Source: an uncultured delta proteobacterium
Lineage (GTDB): Bacteria; Myxococcota_A; Polyangia; Polyangiales; JAFGIB01
Assembly: GCA_963778655.1 (NCBI GenBank)
Contig: CAVZVA010000002.1
Location: forward strand, 637,591-701,590
Direction of reading: 5' to 3'
Length of the DNA stretch: 64,000 nucleotides
Positions within the stretch are counted from its first letter, which is position 1. Each line of letters begins with the position of its first letter. Positions 31,064 to 40,722 of this stretch are shown here, piece by piece. The notes beneath the pieces were generated by a model. That model searched no databases, had not been told where the DNA came from, and was given only the letters and a program-made list of their open reading frames with translations. The position numbers and the translations under genes were made by a program.

Positions 31064-32196
31064 GCTGGAAGGCACGCAGCTGCTGGCTGGCGGTCGTGCT
31101 GGTGCTCGGCACCTGCGCCCTGGGTGCGCACGCGCAGGCCGGCCACGCGACGGACGCGCGCGATGGCGGGGCGCGTGATGCGGGCGTCGTGGATGCGGCC
31201 ACGGGCGAGCCTGAGGCGGCGAAGCTGCCTGCCGAGCATCTGCCGCTGGTCAGCGTGGAGCTCAAGCCGGGGAACAAGGTTTCGGCCGGCGATGCGCTGC
31301 AGCTCACGATCCGTGCCGACGCCAAGGAGGGCGACGACGTCGCCGTGCCCGAGCAGTCGTTCGCGCCCTTCGAGGTGCTGCACAAGCGCGCGCGGGTCGA
31401 GCCGGCCAAGGACGGACGCCAGGGCTTCGTGTTCCAGATCGAGTTGCTTGCCGCCGAGCCCGGCAAGCACGAGATCCCCGCGCTGGAGCTGCGCGTGGTG
31501 ACCAAGGCGGGCTTCGTCGGCAGCGTCAAGACCCAAGCGCTGCCGGTGACCGTCGGCTCCCTGCTGGCCAACGAGCCCAACGCCAAGCTCAAGCCGCAGA
31601 CCAAGCCGGTGGTCGTGATGCAGGACGACTACCGCTTGCTGTACGTGCTGGGCGCGATCGCCGCCGCCGGGCTGATCGCGCTGCTGACGTGGTTGCTGTC
31701 GCGCTACCTGCAGCGCCGCCAGAAACCGCTGCCGCCGCCGCCGCCCCCGCGGCCACCGTGGGAGATCGCGGTGGCGAAGCTGGCCGAGCTGCGGCGGCGC
31801 CAGGCGCGCATGCTCGAGCAGGGCAAGGCCGCGCAGTTCGTCGATGAGGTCAGCGACGTCGTGCGCGAGTACCTGGGCGGTCGCTTCGGCTTCGACGGCC
31901 TGGAGACCACGACCGACGAGATGCTGCTGCTGCTGCGCGGACACGGCGCCAGCGCGGGCCTGTGGCAGGAGGTCTCGGCCTATCTCTCGCGCTGCGATCT
32001 GGTGAAGTTCGCCAATCTCGAGCCGGACGCCGACGAGGCCGACCTGGTGTACGCCAAGGCCCAGGACATCGTGCAGTTCAGCATGCCGCTGGGCGGCGCC
32101 CAGGCTGTGCCGCAGGGGACGCCGCAGCCCGGCTCCGCAACCGCGCCGGCACGGCCGCAGGCGCCCGCCCCGAGCGAAGAGGAGCAAGAGCCGTGA
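31060..32196 (+). CDS. bat-operon membrane protein (exported Ig-like domain, TM helix, C-terminal helical domain)
   Basis: GTG start overlapping the DUF58 stop, signal peptide, TM segment, VREYLGGRFG..ETTTDE..DLVKFA. Position between DUF58 and batA. Confidence 0.8.
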   Translation: MSWKARSCWLAVVLVLGTCALGAHAQAGHATDARDGGARDAGVVDAATGEPEAAKLPAEHLPLVSVELKPGNKVSAGDALQLTIRADAKEGDDVAVPEQSFAPFEVLHKRARVEPAKDGRQGFVFQIELLAAEPGKHEIPALELRVVTKAGFVGSVKTQALPVTVGSLLANEPNAKLKPQTKPVVVMQDDYRLLYVLGAIAAAGLIALLTWLLSRYLQRRQKPLPPPPPPRPPWEIAVAKLAELRRRQARMLEQGKAAQFVDEVSDVVREYLGGRFGFDGLETTTDEMLLLLRGHGASAGLWQEVSAYLSRCDLVKFANLEPDADEADLVYAKAQDIVQFSMPLGGAQAVPQGTPQPGSATAPARPQAPAPSEEEQEP

Positions 32197-33308
32197 AGCG
32201 CTTGCTGCCGCGCCTGCGCCCGGTGATCTGCACGCTGCTGCTCGCGCTGCCGATCGGCGCGCTGATCGTGCTCGCGATCGAGCAGGTCTACGAGGTCCCG
32301 CTCGAGCCCGACAGCTTCCGCTTCGAGCGCCCGCTGGCCGCCACGCTGCTGGCCGCGGCGCTGCTGGTGCTGGTCGCGCGCGGTTACCTGCAGCGCAGGC
32401 GCAGCCCCCGGCTGCAGGTCTCGCGCGGGGCCGACCTGAAGAGCCTGGGCGGCGGCCGGCGGGTGTGGCTGGATGCGCTGCTCACCGGGCTGCGCGTGGT
32501 GGCGGTCGCGCTACTGGCGCTGGCGCTGATGGGGCCGCAGAGCATTCACGCTCGTAGCTCCACCGAGGTCGAGGGCATCGACATCGTGCTGGCGCTCGAC
32601 CTCTCGCTCTCGATGCAGGCCGCCGACATCAAGCCAAACCGCTTCGACGCCACCAAGCAGGTGGTCGACGACTTCATCCAGCGCCGGCCCAACGATCGCT
32701 TGGGCGCGGTGATCTTCGGGCGCGACGCCTATACCCTGCTGCCGCTCACCACCGATCACGAAGCGCTGCGCACCATGATCTCGGAGCTGCAGCTCGGGCT
32801 GATCGACGGCCGCGGCACGGCGATCGGCAACGGTGTGGGCACCGCGCTCAACCGCCTGCGCAAGTCGACCGCCAAGAGCAAGGTCGTGATCCTGGCGACC
32901 GACGGCGAGAGCAACAGCGGCAACGTCTCGCCGATGCAGGCAGCGGAGTTCGCGCGCACGCTCGGGGTCAAGGTCTACACCATCCTGATGGGACGCTCGG
33001 GCGACGCGCCGGTGCAGACCGGCCACGACCTGTTCGGCCGGCCGGTGTTCGACCGGGGCAACTTCCCGATCAATCCGGAGCTGCTGAAGAAGGTCGCGGC
33101 GGAGACCGGGGGCGAGGCCTTCCAGGTCTCGGACCGCGAGGGCCTCGAGCGCAGCTTCCACGCCATCTTGGACAAGCTCGAGCGCTCTGAAATCGAGGAC
33201 GCCGGCCGCGTGTACGGCGAGCTCTTCCCGGCGTTCGCCGTCCCCGGGCTCGGGCTGCTGCTGCTCGAGCTGCTGCTGGGCGCGCTGGTGCTGAGGAGGT
33301 GGCCTTGA
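32193..33308 (+). CDS. batA: BatA-like vWA membrane protein
   Basis: EGIDIVLALDLSLSM, DRLGAVIFG, PLTTD, GTAIGNG, ILATDGESNSG. GTG start at 32193. Confidence 0.9.
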   Translation: MKRLLPRLRPVICTLLLALPIGALIVLAIEQVYEVPLEPDSFRFERPLAATLLAAALLVLVARGYLQRRRSPRLQVSRGADLKSLGGGRRVWLDALLTGLRVVAVALLALALMGPQSIHARSSTEVEGIDIVLALDLSLSMQAADIKPNRFDATKQVVDDFIQRRPNDRLGAVIFGRDAYTLLPLTTDHEALRTMISELQLGLIDGRGTAIGNGVGTALNRLRKSTAKSKVVILATDGESNSGNVSPMQAAEFARTLGVKVYTILMGRSGDAPVQTGHDLFGRPVFDRGNFPINPELLKKVAAETGGEAFQVSDREGLERSFHAILDKLERSEIEDAGRVYGELFPAFAVPGLGLLLLELLLGALVLRRWP

Positions 33309-34366
33309 CCTGGTACGCGGGCAAGCTGCTGTGGCTGCTGTGTCTGTTGCCGTTGCTGGTGGCGGCGCCGATCGCCGCCTGGCGGCTGCGGCGCAGGGCG
33401 CGGGCGCGCTTCGGCTCGGAGGCGATGGCCGCGCAGATGATCGTGGGACGCTCGGCCGGGCTGCGCGCGACGCGTGCCGTGCTGCTGGTGCTGGGGATCG
33501 CGCTCACGATCGTGGCGCTCGCACGGCCGCAGTACGGCAGCCGCACCAAGCTGCTGCGCAAGCGCGGGGTGGACGTGGTGGTGGCGCTCGACTTCTCCAA
33601 GAGCATGCTGGCCCAGGACGTACGCCCGAGCCGGATCGAGCGCGCCAAGGCCGAGCTCACCCAATTCATCTCCGAGCTGGGAGGCGACCGGGTCGGGATC
33701 GTGGCGTTCGCGGGCGACACCATGGAGTTCCCGATGACGGTCGACTACGCGGCCGCCACGCTGTTCTTCCGCGACCTCACGCCTTACGACATGCCGGTGG
33801 GCGGCACCGCGATCGGCCGCGCGCTGGTGGCAGCCAAGCGCCTGCTCGAGCGCAGCGACAAGGAGCAGGGCGACCCCGCAAACAAGCGCGCCAAGGTGGT
33901 GGTGCTGATGACCGACGGCGAGGACCACGAAGGCGACCCGGTCAAGGCGGCCGAAGAGCTCAAGTCGATCGGCGCCCGCGTGTTCGTGGTGGCGGTAGGG
34001 TCGCGCAGCGGCGAGCCGATCCCCACCTACGCGGAGGACGGCACCTGGACCGGCTACATGCACGACGACCAGGGCAACACCATTCTGACCGCGCTGACCA
34101 AGGAGGGCGAGGACCAGCTCAAACAGGTGGCGAAAATCACCGGCGGCGCCTATTTCGCCGCGCGCCAGGGCAGCGTCGGGGTGGACCAGATCCGCGCGCG
34201 CATGCGTCATATGAAGCAGACCGAGCTCAAGGCGCGCCGGGTGACGGTCCACGAGGAGCGCTACGCGCTGGTCTTGCTGCTGGCGTTCCTCTTGATCGTG
34301 CTGGAGGCTCTGTTACCTGAAGCCTGGGCCGGCGCCGCCCGTGCCGGAAAGGACAGCCCCGCGTGA
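33299..34366 (+). CDS. batB: BatB-like vWA membrane protein
   Basis: ALARPQYG, GVDVVVALDFSKSMLAQDVRPSRIERAK, DRVGIVAFAG, MTDGEDHEG, GEPIP. Confidence 0.9.
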   Translation: MALTWYAGKLLWLLCLLPLLVAAPIAAWRLRRRARARFGSEAMAAQMIVGRSAGLRATRAVLLVLGIALTIVALARPQYGSRTKLLRKRGVDVVVALDFSKSMLAQDVRPSRIERAKAELTQFISELGGDRVGIVAFAGDTMEFPMTVDYAAATLFFRDLTPYDMPVGGTAIGRALVAAKRLLERSDKEQGDPANKRAKVVVLMTDGEDHEGDPVKAAEELKSIGARVFVVAVGSRSGEPIPTYAEDGTWTGYMHDDQGNTILTALTKEGEDQLKQVAKITGGAYFAARQGSVGVDQIRARMRHMKQTELKARRVTVHEERYALVLLLAFLLIVLEALLPEAWAGAARAGKDSPA

Positions 34367-35247
34367 ACGCCCGCCGCACGCTGCCGATGCTGCTACTGCT
34401 CTTGCCGCTGCTCGCGGCGCCCTCTGCGGCGCGGGCCGAGGGCTGGTCCTGGCTGCGCTCGGAGAACAGCAGCGTGCGCGAGGGCAACCAGAAGCTGAAG
34501 GCCGGCGACAAGAAGGGGGCGCTTGCGGCCTATGATCGCGCGGCGCACGAGCTGCCGTCGGTGGGCGGCGTGCACCTGGACCGCGGCCTGGCACTGCTCT
34601 CGCAGGACAAGCTGTCTCAGGCTCGCGACGCGCTGCAGCTGGCAACCCAGCCCCCGGCCCCCAGCGCGGTGCGCGCAGACGCGTACTACGACCTCGGCAT
34701 CGGCTTCTATAAGGAGGCCGACGCGCGCGCGGGAGAAAAGAAGCACGACGAGGCCCAGAAGCTGTTCCGGCAGGCGGCGGACGCGTTCAAGCACGCGCTG
34801 CGGATGCGGCCGGGCGACCGCAACGCAGCCTGGAACTACGAGCTGGCGGCCCGCCGCATCCGCGAGCAGCAAGAGAAGCAGAAGCAGCAAGAGCAGAAGG
34901 ACAAAGACAAAGACAAAGACAAGCAGCAGGACCAGAAAGACCAGCAGCAGAACCAGCAGGACAAAGACAAGGACAAGCAGCAGCAGCAAGATCAGCAGCA
35001 GGGAGACAAGGACAAGCAGCAGCAAGACAAGGACAAGCAGCAGCAGGATCAACAGCAGCAGAAGAAGCAGCCGCAACCGTCCAAGCCCGAGCAGCAGCAG
35101 CCCAAGCGGCAGCCGCAGCAGAAGGCGCCCCGGCCGGAGGTCGAGCGCGCGCTCGATGCGCTCCAGGACAGCGAGCAGAACCTCCAGCGGCTCAAGGCGA
35201 TGAACCGCGCCGCCGCCGAGCAGCGCAAGCCGGAGAAGGACTGGTGA
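34363..35247 (+). CDS. batC: BatC-like TPR protein with Q/K/D-rich low-complexity linker
   Basis: Signal peptide, TPR-like repeats, WNYELA, long QDK-rich tract, C-terminal EKDW. Confidence 0.85.
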   Translation: MNARRTLPMLLLLLPLLAAPSAARAEGWSWLRSENSSVREGNQKLKAGDKKGALAAYDRAAHELPSVGGVHLDRGLALLSQDKLSQARDALQLATQPPAPSAVRADAYYDLGIGFYKEADARAGEKKHDEAQKLFRQAADAFKHALRMRPGDRNAAWNYELAARRIREQQEKQKQQEQKDKDKDKDKQQDQKDQQQNQQDKDKDKQQQQDQQQGDKDKQQQDKDKQQQDQQQQKKQPQPSKPEQQQPKRQPQQKAPRPEVERALDALQDSEQNLQRLKAMNRAAAEQRKPEKDW

Positions 35248-37145
35248 GGGCAGCGGCAGGCAGGGCGCGCTGGGGCGCGGGCGCGCTGGCCGCGGCGGCC
35301 GTGCTGTGCCTTTTGCTGGCGCGTCCGAGCGCGGCGCGCGCAGACGTGCGGCTCGACGTGCGCACCGACCGCACCAGCCTCACGCTCGATGACACGCTCA
35401 CGCTGCAGATCAGCGTGCAGTCGCAGGGCGGGGGCTCGCCGCGAATCGACTTGCCGCAGCTCGACGGCTTCCAGGTGGTCAGTCAGCAGGTGCAGCGGCC
35501 GATGCAGTTCAGCTTCAACTTCGGCGCGCAGGCGATGGTGCAGTCGTCCACCATCTACACCTTCGTGCTGCAACCACTGCGCCGCGGCACGCTGGTGATC
35601 AAACCGGTGCGGGTGGAGCTCGACGGCAAGGTGCAGACCTCGCGCCCGATCCAGATCACGGTCGGAGCCGGCGCCTCGGCACCGCCCAGTGTGCCCGACC
35701 AGAGCGCCCCCCAAGGGCAAGCGCCGGCGGCAAGCGACTCCAGCGGCAGCGGCGACACCCAGGTCGATCCGATCGCGTTCGTGCGCACGGTGGCTGACAA
35801 GCCCGAGCCGTTCGTGGGCGAGCAGGTCACCATCACCTTCTACCTGTACGTGCGCGAGCGGCTGCAGTCGTCGCCGAACGTCGAAACCGAGCCCTCGACC
35901 GACGGGCTGTGGACGCAGGATCTGCTGCCGCCGGGGCGGACCTTGCAGCCGGTGCGCCAGGTGGTGGGCGGCTCGCTCTACACCGTGTACGTGCTCAAGC
36001 GCCTGGCGGGCTTCCCGCTGCACGCGGGCGACGTCACGATCGGCGCGATGAGCCTCGAAATCGACACCAGCTCGCTATTCGATATCTTCGCGCCCACGAG
36101 GGGCAACCCCAATCTCAAGCGCTCGAGCCAACCGGTGGTGCTGCACGTCAAGCCGCTTCCTGATGCGGGGCGCCCCCCGGGCGAGGTGGCGGTCGGCCGC
36201 TATCACGTGACGGCCAAGCTCGATCGAGCCCAGGCCGTGACCGGCGACGCGGTCACCCTGATTGCGACCGTTCAGGGCGAGGGCGACATCCGCAGCGTGC
36301 AGCTGGCCGCGCCCGCCGTGAGCGGCGTCGACGTGCTGCAGCCCGAGACCAAGGATCTAATCGAAGCGCCCAACGACCTGGTCGGCGGCACGCGCGAGTA
36401 CCGCTGGCTCTTGGTGCCGCGCAAGCCCGGACGCGTGACGGTCCCGCCTCTCACGCTTTCGACCTTCGATCCGAGCACGCAGAAGTACGGCCAGCTCTCG
36501 AGCTCGCCGCTGTCGCTGCAGGTGGTGGGTCAAGCGCTGCCGAGCGCGCAGGCCGCCGGAACGCCCGAGTCGTCCAGCACGGGGCACGAGCCGGCGGAGA
36601 CGCAGCCGGAGCCGCACCACTGGGCGCCCATCCACACCCAGAGCGCGCTGTGGCGGGGCTACACGCGCGTGGTCGAACGTCCCTGGTATCCCTGGGCACT
36701 GGCCGCGCCGGCGTTGCTGTGGCTGGCCGTGGTTTCCGCCGCGGGCGCGCGGCGGCGGCTCGCGGCGCGCGCGCTGTCCGGAACTGGACGCGTGCTGCGC
36801 GAGGCCGAGCAGCACCTGCGAGAGGCCGAGGCCGCCGCGCGCGAGGGGGTGGCGGCGCGCTTCCACGCCGAGGCGAGCGCGGCCCTGGTGACGCTGCTCG
36901 AGGCGCGCCTCGAGGAAACGCTCTCGGGCCTGACGCGCCCGGAGCTGCGCGCCCGGCTGCAGGCACGCGGGATGGACCAGGCCATGTTGGGCGAAGCGCT
37001 GGGCGCGCTCGAGCACCACGAGTTCACGCGCTTCAGCGCAGGCGGCGCCGCCGGAGGCGCGCTCGAGGGCGAGGCCGGCGCGCTACGCGCGCTATACAAG
37101 CGGCTGGCAGGCTTCGAGCCGAACGCGGTCGGGGTGGCGGCATGA
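35244..37145 (+). CDS. batD: BatD-family protein
   Basis: Signal peptide, repeated Ig-like BatD segments (PFVGEQV, VKPLP..AVGRY, GEGDI), TM and C-terminal helical domain. Confidence 0.88.
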   Translation: MRAAAGRARWGAGALAAAAVLCLLLARPSAARADVRLDVRTDRTSLTLDDTLTLQISVQSQGGGSPRIDLPQLDGFQVVSQQVQRPMQFSFNFGAQAMVQSSTIYTFVLQPLRRGTLVIKPVRVELDGKVQTSRPIQITVGAGASAPPSVPDQSAPQGQAPAASDSSGSGDTQVDPIAFVRTVADKPEPFVGEQVTITFYLYVRERLQSSPNVETEPSTDGLWTQDLLPPGRTLQPVRQVVGGSLYTVYVLKRLAGFPLHAGDVTIGAMSLEIDTSSLFDIFAPTRGNPNLKRSSQPVVLHVKPLPDAGRPPGEVAVGRYHVTAKLDRAQAVTGDAVTLIATVQGEGDIRSVQLAAPAVSGVDVLQPETKDLIEAPNDLVGGTREYRWLLVPRKPGRVTVPPLTLSTFDPSTQKYGQLSSSPLSLQVVGQALPSAQAAGTPESSSTGHEPAETQPEPHHWAPIHTQSALWRGYTRVVERPWYPWALAAPALLWLAVVSAAGARRRLAARALSGTGRVLREAEQHLREAEAAAREGVAARFHAEASAALVTLLEARLEETLSGLTRPELRARLQARGMDQAMLGEALGALEHHEFTRFSAGGAAGGALEGEAGALRALYKRLAGFEPNAVGVAA

Positions 37146-37930
37146 GGCGCCTCGGCTACGCCGCGCTCTTGCTGCTGTCGGCCGCTCTGCCCGTGCGCGC
37201 GGCGCACGCGCAGAGCATCGAGCGCATCTTCACGGCCGGCAACGAGGCCTATTTCAAGGGGGATTTCGCCGGCGCGGTCGCGCAGTACCAGCGCTTGCTG
37301 GATGCCGGTGTGCGCGATCCGGACGTCTACTTCAACCTGGCCACCGCCGAAGCGCGGCTCTCGCACCTGGGCAAGGCAGTGCTCTACTTCGAGCGGTGCC
37401 TGTGGCTGCGCGCAGGCGACGACGGCGCCGAGCAGGAGCTGGCCTCGGCGCGCTCCGCGCTCGGGCACCGCCGCGCCGAGCGCGAGGGCCAGGCCACCGT
37501 GCAGGCGCGGCCGCCCTTGGTCGAGGCGCTGGTGCGCCCGCTGCCCGCGGACCTGCTCGCGTGGACGCTGCTGGCGCTCGACGTGCTGCTGTTCGCGCTG
37601 CTGCTGGCACGCCGGCGGACGCGGCGCGAGACCGTCCGACTGGGGCTGGCGGTGACTTTGCCCCTGCTCGGCTTGCTCCTGCTGACCACGGCCGCGGGGC
37701 TGGCGGTCAAGGCCGGCGCGTTCGAGCAGGGACGCGCCGCGATCGTGCTGCGCGACGGGGCGGAGCTGCGCGAGGGCCCCGACGGCGCCGCCCAGGTCCG
37801 CGGCACCGCCCACGAGGGACAGAGCGCTCGCTTGTCGCGCAGCGAGGGCGATTTCGTCCACGCGCAGCTAGCCGGAGGGGAGCGGGGCTGGATGAAACGC
37901 AGCGACGTCGCCGCGATCCGGCCGGATTGA
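37142..37930 (+). CDS. batE: BatE-like TPR plus SH3-like protein
   Basis: ATG at 37142. GNEAYFKGDF, YFNLA, AVLYFER, two TMs, LREGP...GERGW. Confidence 0.85.
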   Translation: MRRLGYAALLLLSAALPVRAAHAQSIERIFTAGNEAYFKGDFAGAVAQYQRLLDAGVRDPDVYFNLATAEARLSHLGKAVLYFERCLWLRAGDDGAEQELASARSALGHRRAEREGQATVQARPPLVEALVRPLPADLLAWTLLALDVLLFALLLARRRTRRETVRLGLAVTLPLLGLLLLTTAAGLAVKAGAFEQGRAAIVLRDGAELREGPDGAAQVRGTAHEGQSARLSRSEGDFVHAQLAGGERGWMKRSDVAAIRPD

Positions 37931-37964
37931 CACGGACGCGTCCGGATACGAGGATGGCACCCGC

Positions 37965-38369
37965 ATGACCCGCCCACGCAAGCAGCAAACCATGGTTCTG
38001 ATCGTGGACGACGACCTGGAGATCCTCAATCTCACGCGCAGCCTGATGCGGCGCCGGGGCTTCGAGGTGATCGAGGCCTCTGACGGCGACGAGGCCATCC
38101 GTCAGGTGCTCGAGAACCGCCCGGATCTCGTGATCCTGGACGTGATGATGCCCGGCCAGAGTGGCTGGGAGGTGTGTCGCTCGATCCGGGAGACCGAGAG
38201 CCTCAAGGGCACCGGCGTCATCATGCTCACCGGCGTGGGCGAGCGCATGAACGAGATGACTTCGCCGCTCTACGGAGCCGACGCCTATCTGGACAAGCCG
38301 TTCGAGTTCGAAGCGCTCGACGCGCTGGTCACACAGGTCTTGCAGAAGCGCCAGGCGCAGGCGGGCTAG
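37965..38369 (+). CDS. Single-domain response regulator (receiver)
   Basis: LIVDDD, PDLVILDVMMP, MLT, GADAYLDKPF. Confidence 0.93.
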   Translation: MTRPRKQQTMVLIVDDDLEILNLTRSLMRRRGFEVIEASDGDEAIRQVLENRPDLVILDVMMPGQSGWEVCRSIRETESLKGTGVIMLTGVGERMNEMTSPLYGADAYLDKPFEFEALDALVTQVLQKRQAQAG

Positions 38370-38421
38370 CATCGCCCGCGGCCTGCCAGGCGAACCCGTG
38401 CTCGAGCCGATCGCGACCGCC

Positions 38422-39592
38422 ATGCCACGAGCAAGCCGAAGGATTGGACTCCGCACCTGCACCGCGGCGGTGACGCTGGCGTTGCTGGCTGCTGGGGGCT
38501 GCAGCTCGAAGAAGACCGGCACCGGCTCGGCCGCGACCACGGCAGCACCGGCGACGAAGAAGGCTGCGACCACCAACGGGCTCACGCCGGAACAGGCCAA
38601 GCAGGTGCTAGCCAAGATCGGCGACACCACCATCACACTGGGCGAGTTTGCCGAGCGGCTGGGCGCGCAGTCACCGTACCTGCGAGCACGCTACGCCAGC
38701 GCCGAGCGGCGCCGCGAGTTCCTCGACACCATGGTGCGCTTCGAGCTGCTCGCACTGGAGGCCAAGAAGCGCGGCGCCGATCAGGAGCCCGAGGTGCAAC
38801 GGGTGCGGCGCCAGATGATGGTCCAGCAGATGATGAAGGAGATGTTCGACGCCAAGGGCGTCAAGCTCTCGGACATCAGCGAAGCGGAAATCAAGGCGTA
38901 CTACGACTCACATCAGTCGGACTTCCACAAGCCCGAGCAGCGTAGGGCGAGCGAGAATCCTGTTTCGCGACAAGGTCAAGGATCGGCCCAAGGCCGAGGC
39001 CGTGCTCAAGCAGTTGCTGGCGGAGAGGGCGAGCAAGGGCGCGGGCCCGAATGGGCCAGCCCACGCGGCGAGCCCGGCGGCGCCCTCGCGCGACGACATG
39101 CAGCTCTTTCGCACACTGGCGGCCGCCAACAATCAGGACGAGGAGACCAAGGCGCGCGACGGCGACTTGCGCTTCTTCTCGCGCGAGCCGGAGGCCGGTG
39201 AGACCAGCCCGCCCAAGGCCGTGCGCGAAGCGGTGTTCGCGCTGGCCAAGATCGGCGACGTTGCGCCCTCGCTGGTCGAGAGCGAGCAGGGCCTGCACAT
39301 CGTCAAGCTCACCGGCGATCGGCCGGCGCTCGACCGCAGCCTCGACGATGCGCGCCGCCTGATCCAGAATCGGCTCTGGCGCGAGAAGCGTCAGGCTGCG
39401 ATCGACAAGTTCGTGGCCGACCTGCGGGCCAAGGCCGACGTCAAGGAGAACCTGGACCTGCTCGCGCAGGTGAAGGTGAGCACCAGCCCTCCGAAGGGAG
39501 GCGATGCGGACGCCGACGAGGCCGCGGAGGAGGGCGTGCTGCAGGGCGGCGGGCGCCACGAGCGCAAGGGCGGACATGCCAGCCACCCGTAG
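38422..39592 (+). CDS. Parvulin-type peptidyl-prolyl isomerase lipoprotein (frameshifted near 38956)
   Basis: Lipobox LAAGGC and SurA-like N-domain. Removing one A restores RRASEILF and continues into DGDLRFF..VFAL..GLHIVK in the 39002..39592 frame. Confidence 0.82.
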
Positions 39593-39613
39593 CTGCCCTC
39601 CAGTTCGAGAATC

Positions 39614-39713
39614 AACAGGAAGACGGGAAATCGGGAAGGAACACTGATGGCACGACGAAGCTCGAGCTCGATGTCCGAACTACCGAGTCTTCCCGTCTTC
39701 CCGCCTTCCTGTT
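39614..39713. repeat. Dispersed inverted repeat, copy D (best conserved)
   Basis: AACAGGAAGACGGGAAATCGGGAAG ... CTTCCCGTCTTCCCGCCTTCCTGTT. Confidence 0.85.
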
Positions 39714-39759
39714 TCATGCTCTTGCCGGCGGCGGCGCGGAGCCGTAGCAAGGACCGGAA

Positions 39760-40722
39760 GTGATGTTGCGTACGCGTTTGCAGGTGCTGTTGTGCAGTGC
39801 GGTGCTGTTGCTCGGGCTGGGCGCGCGGGCGCACGCCGAGGTGGTCGAGGGCGTGGCCGCTGTGGTCAACGATCGGGCGATCCTGCTCTCTGACGTGCGG
39901 CGCCGGGCTGCCCCGTTCCTGGAGCAGCTGGTCAACGACGCACCCGGTGCGCGCGAGCGCGCCAGCCGCATCAAACAGCTCTACAAGCGTCTGCTCCAAC
40001 AGCTGATGGACGAGGAGCTGATCGAGCAGGCGGCACGAAAGATGCACGTGAGCGTCACGATCGCTGACGTCGATCAGGCGATCGACAACGTGCGGCGCCA
40101 GAACTCGATGACCGAGGCCGCGTTCTGGCAGGCGGTGCGCGCGCAGGGCTTCACTGAAAAGAACTACCGTGAGGACGTACGCAAACAGCTGCTGCGACTC
40201 AAGGTGATCAATCAGCGCGTGCGCAGCCGCATCAACATCGCCGATCAGACCGTGCGCGAGGCCTACGACGATCGCGTGCGCGACGCGCGGCGCACGCAGA
40301 AGTTCCACGCCGTCCACATCTTCACGCCCCTGCCGCAGGGCGCCTCGGCGACCGCGGTGGCGCGCGCGCTGAAGAAGGCGCAGGCCCTGCGCAAGCAGCT
40401 CACGCCCGACAACTTCAGCGCGTATGCAGCCAAGAGCGGCGGCGGCGATCTCGGCTGGCTCGACCAGGGCGATCTGCCGCCGGTGCTGGAGGAGACGCTG
40501 CTCGGGCTGTCGCAGGGCGAGATCAGCCAACCGGTGAGGGGTCCCTCGGGCGTGCACATCTTCCTGCTGCGCGAACGCCAGTCGGGAGCGAGCGCGATCC
40601 CGCCGTTCGAGAAGGTGCGCGCTTCGATCCAGCGCGAGCTGCTCGACAAGGCGATGCAGCGCCAGGAAGAGCTGTTCATCAAGGGCCTGCGCCGCGACGC
40701 CGTGCTCGAAGCGCGCTTGTGA
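39760..40722 (+). CDS. surA: SurA-like periplasmic chaperone/PPIase
   Basis: Signal peptide, VAAVVNDRAILLSD, LMDEELI, GGDLGW, GEISQPV..GVHIF. Confidence 0.85.
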   Translation: MMLRTRLQVLLCSAVLLLGLGARAHAEVVEGVAAVVNDRAILLSDVRRRAAPFLEQLVNDAPGARERASRIKQLYKRLLQQLMDEELIEQAARKMHVSVTIADVDQAIDNVRRQNSMTEAAFWQAVRAQGFTEKNYREDVRKQLLRLKVINQRVRSRINIADQTVREAYDDRVRDARRTQKFHAVHIFTPLPQGASATAVARALKKAQALRKQLTPDNFSAYAAKSGGGDLGWLDQGDLPPVLEETLLGLSQGEISQPVRGPSGVHIFLLRERQSGASAIPPFEKVRASIQRELLDKAMQRQEELFIKGLRRDAVLEARL

